Assembly (NCBI RefSeq): GCF_000142905.1
Contig: NW_013657653.1
Location: 124,001 to 188,000 of the forward strand
Length of the DNA: 64,000 nt
Direction of reading: 5' to 3'
From: Thecamonas trahens ATCC 50062
Taxonomy: Eukaryota; Protista; Apusomonadida
The stretch's first letter is position 1, and each line of letters starts with the position of its first letter. Both the position numbers and the translations under genes were made by a program. This document shows, piece after piece, positions 45,001 to 57,200 of this stretch. The notes beneath the pieces are model-generated. The model did not search any database. It saw nothing but the letters and a program-made list of their open reading frames with translations, and was not told the origin of the DNA.

Positions 45001-47072
45001 GACGATGGCAATCGAGTTGCCGGGCAGAGCGTGAATGATGAGGCCAGGCGAAGCCGAGTCAAACAGATGGTCGTCGGCGGCGAGCGTGTAGGCGAGTGGC
45101 GAGCCCGCGGCGTCGGTGACGGTCAGCGAGAGGCCGCATGGGAGCGGACGACGCGAGAAGCAGGTGTCGTCCAGGTCAACAACAACGGTCAGGTCGTGAG
45201 CAACGCCTGATTGAGTGTTGGCGTAGGCGAGGGCAAAGCGGACAGTGTCGCCGCCGTCAACGTTCTTGGTGGGAGCGGCAACAGGCGTGGCGAGCGCCGA
45301 GGTAATGGTCATCGAGGTGGGCGCACCCGATGCAGAGGTACAAAAGTCAACGTCAAAGGCGTCGAGCCACGCAGATGCATCGCAGGAGGAGCAAGTAGCG
45401 GCAGCGGCAGGGTTCGAGGCGGCGATGAGCGAGGCGGCGGCAAGCGAGACAAGCGGCTGGCGAATGGCAGCCTTGGATGGGTCCGAGGTAACAAAGATGC
45501 CGTTCTCGACTGCAGTGGCCGTGGCCGAGGCGACGGCGAGGTCGGGCGAGAGGTGATCATCAGCAATGAACGAGCAGCGGATGACAATCTCGCGGGTGAC
45601 CGACTGCGGGTCCGAGTGTGAGGGGAACGACCAGGAGAGCGAGTTGGCAGCGCCGTCGACGGCAAAGACCGGGGCACCGAGGACGTCGGTGGCGGTCGAG
45701 TCGGGCGCCGGGGCGCAGGACCCGGCCGGCGGAAACGTGCTGGGAGCAGCATGGTTGTAAACGGTACCGGTCACATCGTGGCGCGGGGCAGGAAGTGCGA
45801 GCGAGATGTCAAGCGAGGCCTCGTCAGACGAGATGAGCATGTAGCGGAGCTCGTAGGTGATGGCGTGGCCAAGGTCGGCGATGGCGAGGGTCGAGGTCGG
45901 GACGGCAGCGCCATCGACGCCGACGGTCTCGAGGACGATGGCCTTGGGCTTGATGGGGCGGCCGGTGGCCGCAGCCGCGGTGATGGGCACGCCCGAAGGG
46001 ATGATGTCACCCCGCCAGATCGAGTCGGCGGCAATGGCGTCGCCGGTGACAAGCGTGGGGTCGGTAGTGACGCGAGTGTCGGTGAAGGCCTCGTTGACGT
46101 TAGCAAACGAGATGAGCGACGCCGACTCGCAGCCGTGGAGCTCGCCGGGGACAGCGCGGTGGGTCGTCATCGAGCCATCCGTCTCAGGGCGAGCATCAAA
46201 GCCGACCGACGACATGTCGTAGACAAGCGAGATCGGCGCAGGCGAGCCCGAGTTGGCGTCGGGGGCGGTGAGCAGGCCGTCATTGTTGGGCGTGGTGCCA
46301 TCGGCAAGGACGAGCTCAAGGACCTCGATGTTGTTGATGGAAAAGTCTCGGACATGACGTTCGAGGTTGTCCACGCCACAAGATCGCGCGGGGTGAGCCA
46401 CTTGGCGCCGGCGGCAAGCGACTGTGGGTAGTCGGACTCGATGGGCACGGCCATCGAGGCGAGCATCGGCCGAAGTTCGACGTCAATGGTGTGGACCGAC
46501 GGCGGGCGGGTGACGCTGGCGCCGGTTGCCGTATCGGTGAGCGTGTAGCTCGAGAGCGAGACAGTAAAGGTAGCAAAGCGCGGACCGCCGACGACCGGCG
46601 CCTGGCCATTGACCGGATCGAGCACAGGCGTCACTCCGTCGGCCTCAAACTCGGGCGCCATGAATGGCGCCGTCATCGTGATCGTCGCGTCGGGCGTGAG
46701 CGCACCCGCACCGCTGTCGCCAGCAAAGGTGAGCGTGCCGCCGAAGCGAGCGGTCTCGAGCGTGAGGTTGAAGGCCGAGGTCTGGCACGTCGCCGTGCCG
46801 ATCTCGCACTCGCCGCCGACGTCAAAGAGCGCGGTGGCTGTGGGGTAGCCGACAGTGACCGCCAGCGATGAGGCGTCGAGCTCAAAGCCGGTTGGGACGG
46901 CCAGATCGATCTTCATCCCGTTGGGGTGGCACGTTCCGGTCGCCATCACCGGGCCGGCGACAAACGAGGTCGTCACCGCGAGGTCGGCTCCGAGCACCGT
47001 TGGGATGAGCGCGGCTGAGGTCACGAGGATGAGCGCAAGCGCGCGCACGGGAAAGGAAGAAGGAAAAAACAT
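39036..47072 (-). CDS. Giant type-I membrane adhesin-like protein (~2,680 aa): signal peptide, DUF11/isopeptide-type Ig-like repeats, CBM-like module, VWD, TM, cytoplasmic tail; five frameshifts
   Basis: Signal MFFPSSFPVRALALILVTSAALIPTVLG; repeats VDGGDTVRFALAYAN and I.LPEG; NILANPSFDEP; VWD YGDPHIRSYDG..FQASGDFVL..GLLGTPDGDESND; TM WAILAGVVVAIAAIVVVILFAM. Frames switch at ~46345, ~44640, ~44240, ~43183, ~39935. Confidence 0.8.
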
Positions 47073-48288
47073 AGTTGACTTGATCAAACGAACAGCTTGT
47101 ACTGAAGGTGCACAAAGGCTCTTGTCTTTGGAAGAAAAGAGGGTACTACAACATGTTGAGAAGAACGCGACGCGAAAATCGCTTCGGCTTTAATCTGCAG
47201 CCCACTCGAGCGGGTGTTGCGTTTGCGGACAGGTTGGTACGTTCGCCGGATTTTGTGCGATGGCGGTCTGCCGAGCGTCTGGGGAAAGGGCTGTCAGGGC
47301 GAGGATAGCTCCCACTACGGCTGTATAGTGTAGTTGGCTGAAGTAGGAGAAATGAAGAAGGCTCGGGTGTGTTGGGGAGCCGCGGGGAGTGCAAATCGCC
47401 GTGGGTGGGGGCAAAAAGGACAGCGGGTAAAATATTTGTTCTGTTCCATGCGGATGATTGTCAAATTGGCAGCCAGAGCACAAGGTGCGGATGACGGGAC
47501 GTCGTTCTCCGGCGGCCCAGGAGATGAGTACGGAGCGCAACGAGGTATTAGGGAGTTGTACAGCAGATGAACGTGGTTGGCAAGGTTGCCAGCGGGCCGA
47601 TTGCAGATTGCGCATTGCAAAGAGCTTTGAAGCGCGTGGAGAACCTGCGCAAGGCTTGCGCACTCGCAAAGCCTCCAAGCTGAAACCTGACGCTGCACTC
47701 TGTCCGGTTGGGGGTCAGATCAACTACAATGAGACTGAACAAGGCACTTAGATGCGCTTGAGTCGATGTAGGGCGGCATACAAGCGCGCGAGCGCGTCGC
47801 ACGCAGGTCGGCCGAGTCTGTGTCACGGTGGTGCCCCATGGGCTAAAACAATGAATTCTATATAAATATATGTAAACGTGACTGTACATATATATATTTT
47901 GTGTCAAATTGATTATTTTGAAAGTTGTGCTGTTTTTCAGCAACAAATATATAAAAGTAATATTTTGTCGCGTTTGGGGTGGAAATATGCCTGTTTTTTG
48001 TAAGGAGGCTGTGAGACCAAACTGAATGCAGCATCGTTGACTCGCTATTGTTGCCGGCAGCATTGTCAGCACACCAGAGATCCTCGCCTTACCCTCAAAA
48101 CACTCTAACGAGGCCCACCCCGCTGCCCTACGGACTTTCCAGCACTCCTACATCACCAACCTGCAGCTACAAACAAGGACGTTATGCAGCTTCCGCTGCC
48201 ACGCCATCTACATGCTGACTTGTCTCCACAGCTGGCTGCTGGGCACAAAAAAATGTATGATCATCCTGCCACAGCAGATGTGGTTTAG

Positions 48289-51200
48289 TTAGTTCAACGT
48301 CGGCTCGTCTTCAGTCACGTCGGCGACAACAGGCGCAAAGCCGCGTGCCGCAAGGAGAGGAAGCGTGCCGTCAGCCTCGTCATCAACGCCACTGACACCG
48401 ATCGACCACCGCCCGCCCCGGAGCATTTTGCGCCGCTCCCGGAGAACAGCGGCATCGAGCGAGCGTCCACGGACTGCAAGGACCGCGGTCGAGAGCCACT
48501 GGCCCCAGAACGCGATGCCCCAGAGCGCAACGACTGCCAGCGGCCCGTGCCCGCGGAGGAGGAAGAGCGCCACGCCGCCGACAATTGCCGACACCGTGGT
48601 GGTAACCACTGCATGAAGGGCGAGCACACGCCGCTGCCCGCCCTGCACAACGTTCCACACTGGGGCCACGAGCTCGCCGGCCGCCGCGATGGTCCACAGC
48701 CCGAGCGAGACGGAGATCGAGACCGCGGCCTGCGACCGCCCGCCGAGCACCGCCGCCGAGACTGCTGCGCCAAAGGTGAGCAGGTATCCGAGCCCAGCCA
48801 CGGCCTTGCTCGCTGTGTCCGGCGAGTCCAGCGCTAGGTGCGCGCCAGTCATGACCACAACCACCCGTGTCCGCACCGTGTCTAGCACGAGGCCGAGCGC
48901 AAGAAGCACGAGGCTTGTCGCCACCACCACCACGCCGGCTCCACTCCGCAGCGCGTTGGCAAGCGCAGGCACAACAAGGACAAACATCGCGAGGCCAAGC
49001 AGAGCACGCGCGAGGCGCGCCACAACAGACGCACCCACGAACCGCCGTCGCGCGAGCACGTGCGACGCTGCCGCAAGGCCTGCCCCAACGCACGCCGCCG
49101 ACGCAAGCCCGGCCGCCACGTTCCGCCACATCGTGTCTTGCTTGGGCGCTGGCGACACAGCCGCGCACTGCACTCCACCGAGGTTCGCCACAGCCTGGTA
49201 CGCCGCCGCAACAGCGTCCACCGTCGTCGGCGACCACTCTGCAAGCCGCGCCCGCGAGACAAGCGCAAAGACCACAAACCGCGCCCACCCGAACCGGTCG
49301 CCAAACACCTGGTTGAGTCCGTAGTCTAGCCCGCGCTCGGCAAACACAAACCCGCACAGTGTCGCAATCGCGCACACGCATGCAGAGCCCAGCACAAAGC
49401 CCATCAGGCTCACGCTAAACGCCCCACCCGCCCCGCCACCGTCGCCACCAAGCACAAGCGGTCCGTACGGGACGCACGCAAGCCCGTCGCGACTCTGCTG
49501 AGCGCTCACCGCGCCCACAACCCGCCATTGCGCTGCCGCCGCGCACGATTCGAGCTCCGGCGCATCTGTGCACGGGCCGCCAAACAGCGCATCCGCACGG
49601 AGCTGCCGCGCCGTGCACTGCGACGACGCGTAGCACGTCCACGAGCATCCATCGTCGCCACAGTACTCCAGCCGCATCGCTCCGCCGGCGTTGCTCACAA
49701 CGCGCGCCTCCTCCACAACAGCCCGCGACGGCTCCCCGTTCGCCACGTTGACAAGCTCCAGCCGCGAGCCAGACCCGGCAGGCTCAAACACAATTGTCGG
49801 CAGCGTGAGCGCCGCGGCGCCAACAAATGCGTCGTCAGTCGACGCTACCGTCGACATCCCGCTCCCGACAGCCGTAATTGCCACCCGGGAGAACAACGCA
49901 CTACCCGGCCGCCCGACCGTCACGTCCACAGCCTTGGCACCAGACGGCCGAGTCACCTCGACCTGCTCGCCCACAGCACGTACCACCGCCCGTGCGCTGC
50001 CACTCGCCGCGCTCGTGTTGAACACCGTCGCGTCGACAGTCACCGCAACATCATCGTCGCCGCCCCACACCGTCGTCGCAGGCACGTTACGCTGCTCCGC
50101 GCTCGTCGAGCCGAGCGCAACATCGCAGCCGCTTCCCTGAATCGACACCGCCGTCCGCATCGCAGCTGTGTCGATCGCCTCAAGTTAAACGCAGCGCCGC
50201 CCGCACCAGCAGTGCAGTGCACATCGGCCTTGCTCGCCGCTGCAAACACGCCGAGTGCAACGGTAGCCCGCGATGTCTTCCGCGCGCCAACCTCAAACAC
50301 TGACCCGTCCTCGCGGGTCACATACAGCTCGGCCTCCTCGCCAACAGCAAGCTTGGCCTCTGACCACACAGCTGTATCGCTGAGCGAGATCCGCGCGCCT
50401 TCGGTCGTCACGTTCACCACTGCAGCACTCACCTCAGCCGCAATCCCAGCCACGCTCACGTTCGTTGCCGTCATCTCCACGTATGACACGCCAAAGAGGC
50501 CGGCACCGCATCCTTGCGCCGACGCGGCCGCTGCTGAGCTCACGCCGAGCTCGCCCACAACCACATCGATCACAACAAGCGACGGCATCGCGTTCTTAGC
50601 CACGCCCTCGGCAGACACGACACAGTGATGGTCCACGTCCACCGCTTTGCCGGCGTCCATAAACACCCGCGTCGTCTCACCCACAAGCCACACAGGCGCC
50701 GTCGCCGAAACAATCGCCCCAGACTGCGCCAGCACATCGCCTCCAGCAATCACAAGCGGGAACGTAAACTCGGCAGGAAGGATGCTTGTATGCGGCGCGA
50801 GCAACACGAGCGCAGTCTCCAGTCCGTCAGGTGCAGGTGCGTCTGCAACACGCACCGTGGTGCCCGGCGCGCTGCTCGCGTCGAGGACAAGCACGTCAAC
50901 GTGCTGCAGCGTCAGCCGCAGCCCACCAACAATCACCCGCCCGTATCCGCCGTAGCCTAGGTCGTGCACGCTCACGTCGTAAGACGCCGACGTGGAAGGC
51001 AGCGCCGGAAGGTGCAGCACAACCGTGCCGTTGCCTCCGTACACTCCATGGACAGCAACTGACATTGGCTCGTCCACCGCAGCGAGTGCAATGTCCAACA
51101 CCCAATCCTTGGCCACTTCGCCCGGGTGGCTGGCAGACGCGGCAGCAAACGTGCTCTCGGACGAGACCGGAAGCTGCACAACCTCGATCACCTCCTTGCC

Positions 51201-54200
51201 GGCAAGGTCAAAGTCGAGATGCCCACCCACAGGTGTCGTCACGTTGATCGTCCGCGGCGAGCCGCCAAAGTAGCCGGCCAGCCACGGATATGTCGACATG
51301 TCTGGCGTCCCGCCGAGTAGCGACATCGCGTCGTCCGTCGTTAGCTGCGAGACAACAAGTGTCGGCTCAGGCCGCCCGAACCCACACGGCACCACTGAGT
51401 CACCCTCAAGCAGCGACGGTGAGAGCGAGTCCATCACAGGCGGCGCCCAGAACACAACAACGTCGGCAGCTCCATCAGCGCCCACAGCCACACGCGTCGG
51501 CGAGTCCAGTGGGCCTACAAAGTTGGCAAAGTCCACCCCCTCTCCGAGATCCACCTCGAGCGGTGCCGAAGCTCCAGACACCAGGTAGTCCAGCAAGTCA
51601 ATGCCATTTCCAAGTGATGCGCTCAATGCCACGTTCTGCACCTTGGCCCCGAGCACGCCGTCCCTCCCACCGCCGGTTGTGATGTTCATCACATATTGGC
51701 TGGCGACAGCAGAGTACGCCAGCTGACATGCCGGCAGCCCATCGGTACCCGCTGGCACTCCGTTCGCCGCTGCAAGGCCCATCGTCCATGCTGTCGCCGC
51801 TGTCGGCGGCCGGAGCAAAACGCCCGATTGCGGCTCTGCCATGCAAACCCGGTGCGACGCAAAGTCGAACCACTGGTCCGGAGCACTCGCGCCCGTCGCA
51901 CTCGCAAGCGTCAGCGACCCACCGCTCGCTGTTCCCACAAACACCGGCGCCGCAATCGCCGCCAGCGGATGCTTGTTCGACCCGGCAGTCCCAAACGTCA
52001 CGTCAATCGTCCCGTTCGCCACAACAGCTGCAGACGACGACGCCATCACAAGCTTGGCAGCGCCGGCAGACGTGTACAGCACCTCGGTAGACTCGCTGGC
52101 CATCACATGCTCGGCTGCAGTGCTGCCCACTCCAAAGTCGACACGCGCACGCGCCACGCCAACCATCTCCACACTGAACGAGCTTCCGCTGCCTGCAGCC
52201 GGCGTCACCTCGATGAGGCCGTCCGACACCGCGTAGCTCATCGTCCGTGCATCGTCGCCACCACGCACGTGCACAAACACAGTTCGGTCACTGGCGTCCT
52301 CGTTGAACACCCGCACCTTACATCCATACCCGTCGAGCTTCTCGCCGCCGTTGCCGAGCACAATGTTGTGGAACCCGCTGCCGCGCGGATACACCGTCAG
52401 TGTCGAGCTCTCATCACACCCGCGCAGGTCGTACGTCAGCTCATGCTCGGCGCTCGCACCCACGCCCATCACGTTGACATTCGTCCCCGCCACAGGCGTC
52501 GCCACGTACACCATCGTCTCACGCTGCGCATCAGACGCATGCATCTCCACGTTGAGTACCTGAATGTCTGCATAGTCCACAGCCCGCGACGGTCCGCTGC
52601 CAAAGTGACCCACAACGTTCGTTGCCTGCACATCGGCCATCAGTCCGTCGCTCGCCAGCGTCACGTTGAACACATTGTCCACACCGCCGTTGCCGTCCAC
52701 AGACAGCATCGACACAATGCCGGCAAGGTCTGGCACAAGGAACACATCGTCCGCATCACCACCAGCCACACTCGACGCCGCCAGCGGCGACATCGCCACA
52801 CCGTCGCTACTTGGCTTCCACTCGAGAACGTCGTCCTCGTCACCAAGCGACGCAGTCAGCGCCACGTTGTCCACACCGAGTCCCACAATACCGTCGACAC
52901 CACCGCCGGTCGTCACGCTCATTACGTACCGTGACGGCTGTCCGCCGTATGCCAGCTGGCACGCCGGCAGCCCATCGGTCGCCGCGGGAACACCCGCTGC
53001 AGCCGCAAGCTCCACCGCCCACGCCGTCGGCTTGACCGTCGGCCGCATCGGCGTTGCCGTCTTGGCCTCTGCCTCGCACACCCGGTGCGACGCAAAGTTG
53101 AACCACTGGTCCGGGGCACTCGCGCCCGTCGCACTTGCAAGCGTCAGCGACCCACCGCTCGCTGTTCCCACAAACACCGGCGCCGCAATCGCCGCCAGCG
53201 GATGCTTGTTCGACCCGGCAGTCCCAAACGTCACGTCAATCGTTCCGTTCGCCACAACAGCTGCAGACGACGACGCCATCACAAGCTTGGCAGCGCCGGC
53301 AGACGTGTACAGCACCTCAGTTGTCGCGTGGACCATCTTGTGCTCCGCGACAGTGCTACCTACGCCAAAGTGGACAAGCGCGCGAGCAACAGGTCCGTTG
53401 AACACAATCTGCATTCCGTCTGTCTTGCCTGACGCATCTGTCACATGAACGCCGCTGTCAGACACAGCATACTTGAGCGCACGCTTGTCCTGCGCTGCAT
53501 GGACATGGACCGTCACGTCGGCCTTGGCCTCATTGACAATCTCGATATCACACTCATAGTCGATGAGCGAGTGGGCTCCGTTGCCCAGGAGCACAGAGTG
53601 GCTCCCCTCGCCCTGCACGGTCACAACCAGCTTTGACTCCTTGGTGCATCCGCGCAGATCGTAGGTTAGCACCGAGCTGGGCGCACCACCAATGCCAACC
53701 AGGTTGACATTGGTACCTGCCACCGGTGCCGCCACATACAGACCAACAGACTTCTTGCTCGCCGAAGCATGCACGTTGACGTTGAGCGTTTGGATGTTGC
53801 CAAATCCGACACCGCGCGATGGGGCCGAGTCAAAGCCGCCGAGGACAAAGTCGGCCATGATGTCCGCAAACGTCGCATCCTTGGCAAGCGTGACACTGAG
53901 GCTGTTGGCATCGCCACCAGCTCCGTTGACCGTGACCAGCGAGCCGAGAGCCGCGAGGTCAGCAACCTCAAACTTGTCGTCGCCGTCGCCACCGTGAGCA
54001 GACGTCTCGGTCCCGGCCGGCACTGCAGCAACCGTAAAGGTTGTCGCCTGCGACGCCGAGCCCTTCAGCCGCAGCCGCGAGAACACACCCTCGTTACCAA
54101 GAGCCACAGAGAGCTCGTTCTTGCCGAGCAGCACCGTCGACGACTCGATCCGCACGCTCTCTGTCACAACCTCCACCGCAAGCGTGTCGCCTCCAGATCC

Positions 54201-57200
54201 AGAGACCGTCACCGCATGCCCGCCGTATGCTGCCAAACTGCCTGATATTGTCACGTTGTTCGCAGTCGACACCGTCACCGCCACCGGACACACCGCGCCT
54301 TCGATACCGATCGACGCCCGTTCCACAGGCTCGGTGAGGCTCACACTCCCGCAGGTCTTGCCCAGTGAGGCACCGGCACCGCTGGCCGCGCTCACCTTGA
54401 GTCCACTCGCCACATACGTCGGTGTCCCGCTCGCCGGCGCGTGATACGCCATCGGAAGCTCGACATGGGCGGTGGCGACCGACGGCAGCGCAACAGGTGT
54501 CGAAGACCGCGGCACCACCCGGAAGGCGCCGTTTGTGGATCCAGCAAACGTCACAACCTTGGCTGACACTGATGGCACGCCACGGGTCGGCAGCGCCTTA
54601 CCCACCGGCTGGCCAGGCACCACAAAGGCAAACCAGATCATGCCGTTGCCGGCATCGTCAATGGTGTACGTCGGCAGCTCACCACTCGCCAGCATCATGC
54701 CGCTCGTCGTAGAGTCGACCAGCCCGAGGTTGATCGCTCCCGCACCCGAAGAGACTGCAGGCACAGACTGCGGATTAAACTTGTGCGTAAAGAGCGTCGT
54801 CGACCCGTCCCAGTGGACGACGGTCCAGCATTTGTGGACCACAATGAGGTGCACACATGCTCGGATGCCCAGCCCGTACTTGAATGTCAGCACAATGCCG
54901 CCGTCGAGCGAGTGCATCAGGTTGCCGTGCTTCACCAGCCGCGCAATCTGGTCAAAAGTGATGACCTCGCCACCGTTCGGGTTGTTGAGCCGGACTGAGA
55001 CGTCGATCTGGAGCCCGGCGTAGCCGTAGCCCTTGAAGATAAAGACGCCGACCGAGACCTCGCCGGTCATCGACGCGGTAAAGATGAGCGGGTAGTGCGG
55101 CGAGCCGTCCGGGTTGGTGTACGTCACGCCCAAGCCGCGGAACAAGTACGACGGGTTCTTGTAGTGGATCGACTCGTAGACCGCATCGTAAGTGAGAGAG
55201 ACCTCACCGACCGAGACTGTGAGCGCAGCCTTAAAGTCTAGCGAGAGCACAACGTGCGGGAACGGCCAGATCGGGATGGGGAAATGCATACCAAGAGCGA
55301 GCGTGGCGTCCGGAATGGTGACACCCACAATGGCAAAGTTGGTTCCCATCATCATGTCAAGGAGCTTCTCCACCGGATCATGCAGGATGTTGTACTCGAT
55401 GCCGAACGAGCCCGAGGTCGTCACGCCCGACACAAACGAGGCAATCTCCTTCTCGTGAGCCTGCGCAACTGCCGAGTTGTACAGAATCTGCTTGGTCTTG
55501 GGTGGGAGGTAGCTGTCGGGTACGAGGACTGGCTTGTGAAGCGCAAGCTCAAACGAGCCGAGCAGTTTGCTCACACCGCAGCCCTCGACGCCGAGCGATG
55601 AGAGCTCGTCAGCAACGGCGACAACGTCCATGATCCGTGCGTACGTCCGGACCGCCGCCACAAGATCGTTGATGTTGCAGTCTGACGTGAGTTCACAAAA
55701 GTACCGTGCCACACGAAGGGCGTTAAAGTTGGAGCCAAAGATCTTGGACATGCCCGGAATCGGCTTGAGGAGCACGCCTTTGGGGCCAAAGACCTTGTTG
55801 AGCGGATCGAGGATCTTGGTAACGTGGCCCATCATGGCGTCGATGTACTTGACAAGCATGGTGCCGAGGCACATCTCGACGTCGTTGAGCGCGAGCTTGG
55901 TCGGCGTGGTTGACGTCTGCCCGGCCTTGACGTTAAACTCGTACCCGGCCTTGAACGAGGCCTCGTAGTGGATGAACGCGGTAAGCGCCTCCTGTGGCGT
56001 GGTGTGCGCGAGGTCGGCAATGAGTGGACCGGCGCCAAGGAGGCCGCTACCGCCCAACTGAGCCGAAATGTCGATGTCGACGTCAGCCTTGGGCTGAAGC
56101 GTCAGCGCGAGCGTGCCCTTGAGGTACGTCTCCGCCGGCGTGGTGATAAGCTCAAAGCCAAGCGGACCAAGCCCTCCGACCAGCTGACAACCGGATGGCA
56201 TGTCGAGGTCGACGGTCGACGAGAAGGCCGGCTCGACCGGGAGCGTGACCGAGACGCCGTGAACCGCCGAGTAAACGAGCGCAATGGAAAAAGTCCAGTC
56301 GGCCTCGAGCTGGGCGTTGCACTGGATGTCAAGGTCGAGCAGGCCATGCGCGCCCCAGTCTGAGTTAACCGAGAACAGCGGACGGAGTGCCGAGTTGCCA
56401 AACTCGATCGACCAGGTGTAGCTGCGAGCCTGCGCATCGTGGGCGACGGTGACCGGCTGCGCCAGGTGCGGGAGGTGCGCGTTGAGCGCGCCGGTCACAA
56501 TCTCGACCACAATCTCGTCGACAGTTGTCGAGACCGGAATGCCCGCGAGCTTGTCAACGAGGTCGACCGAGATCTGGTGGATGATCTGCGAGGCAACGGC
56601 CGGCCCGGTGATGACCGCGAGCTCGCCATCAAAGAGCGTGGCGAGTTTCTTGTCGATAAACGCGATTGCCTTGGAGCCAATGATCGAGTCTGGACCAAAC
56701 ATTTGTGCCCGAAGCTTGGCGATCTCGCTTGAGAACGAGGAGAAAAAGGTGCCAGGATGCGAAAAGAACTCGGCCATCCACGACCGCGAGAGCACCGACT
56801 CGAGGTTGGACACAAAGTCGGCGCACTTTGCGTCCGAAGCCGTCGCAGATGACGGCTCGGCCAGGTTCGGCACTTCCACAGAAATCTCACACTGTGACGT
56901 GTCTACAAACGGAAACGTGACCGTCGCTTCAAAGCCGGCCGAGCCGCCGAGGACGACCCCGGTGCCCGGCGAGGCGGCGAGAGTGGCGGGTGCCGTCTCT
57001 CCCACCGCATCTGTAGCCGCCAGCCATGCCCGCGACTTTGCCACCTGCGCAGAGAACGGACCAAACTGCAGTTTGAGCTGGCCGTCGTCACTGCCACCGG
57101 CAGACGCCCGCACGTACGTCTCGTCCTTGTTGAGCGAGATCTGGATCGGCCCAGACTCGGGGAAGGTGACGTCGAGAACAAGCGCAACTTCGACCTTGGC

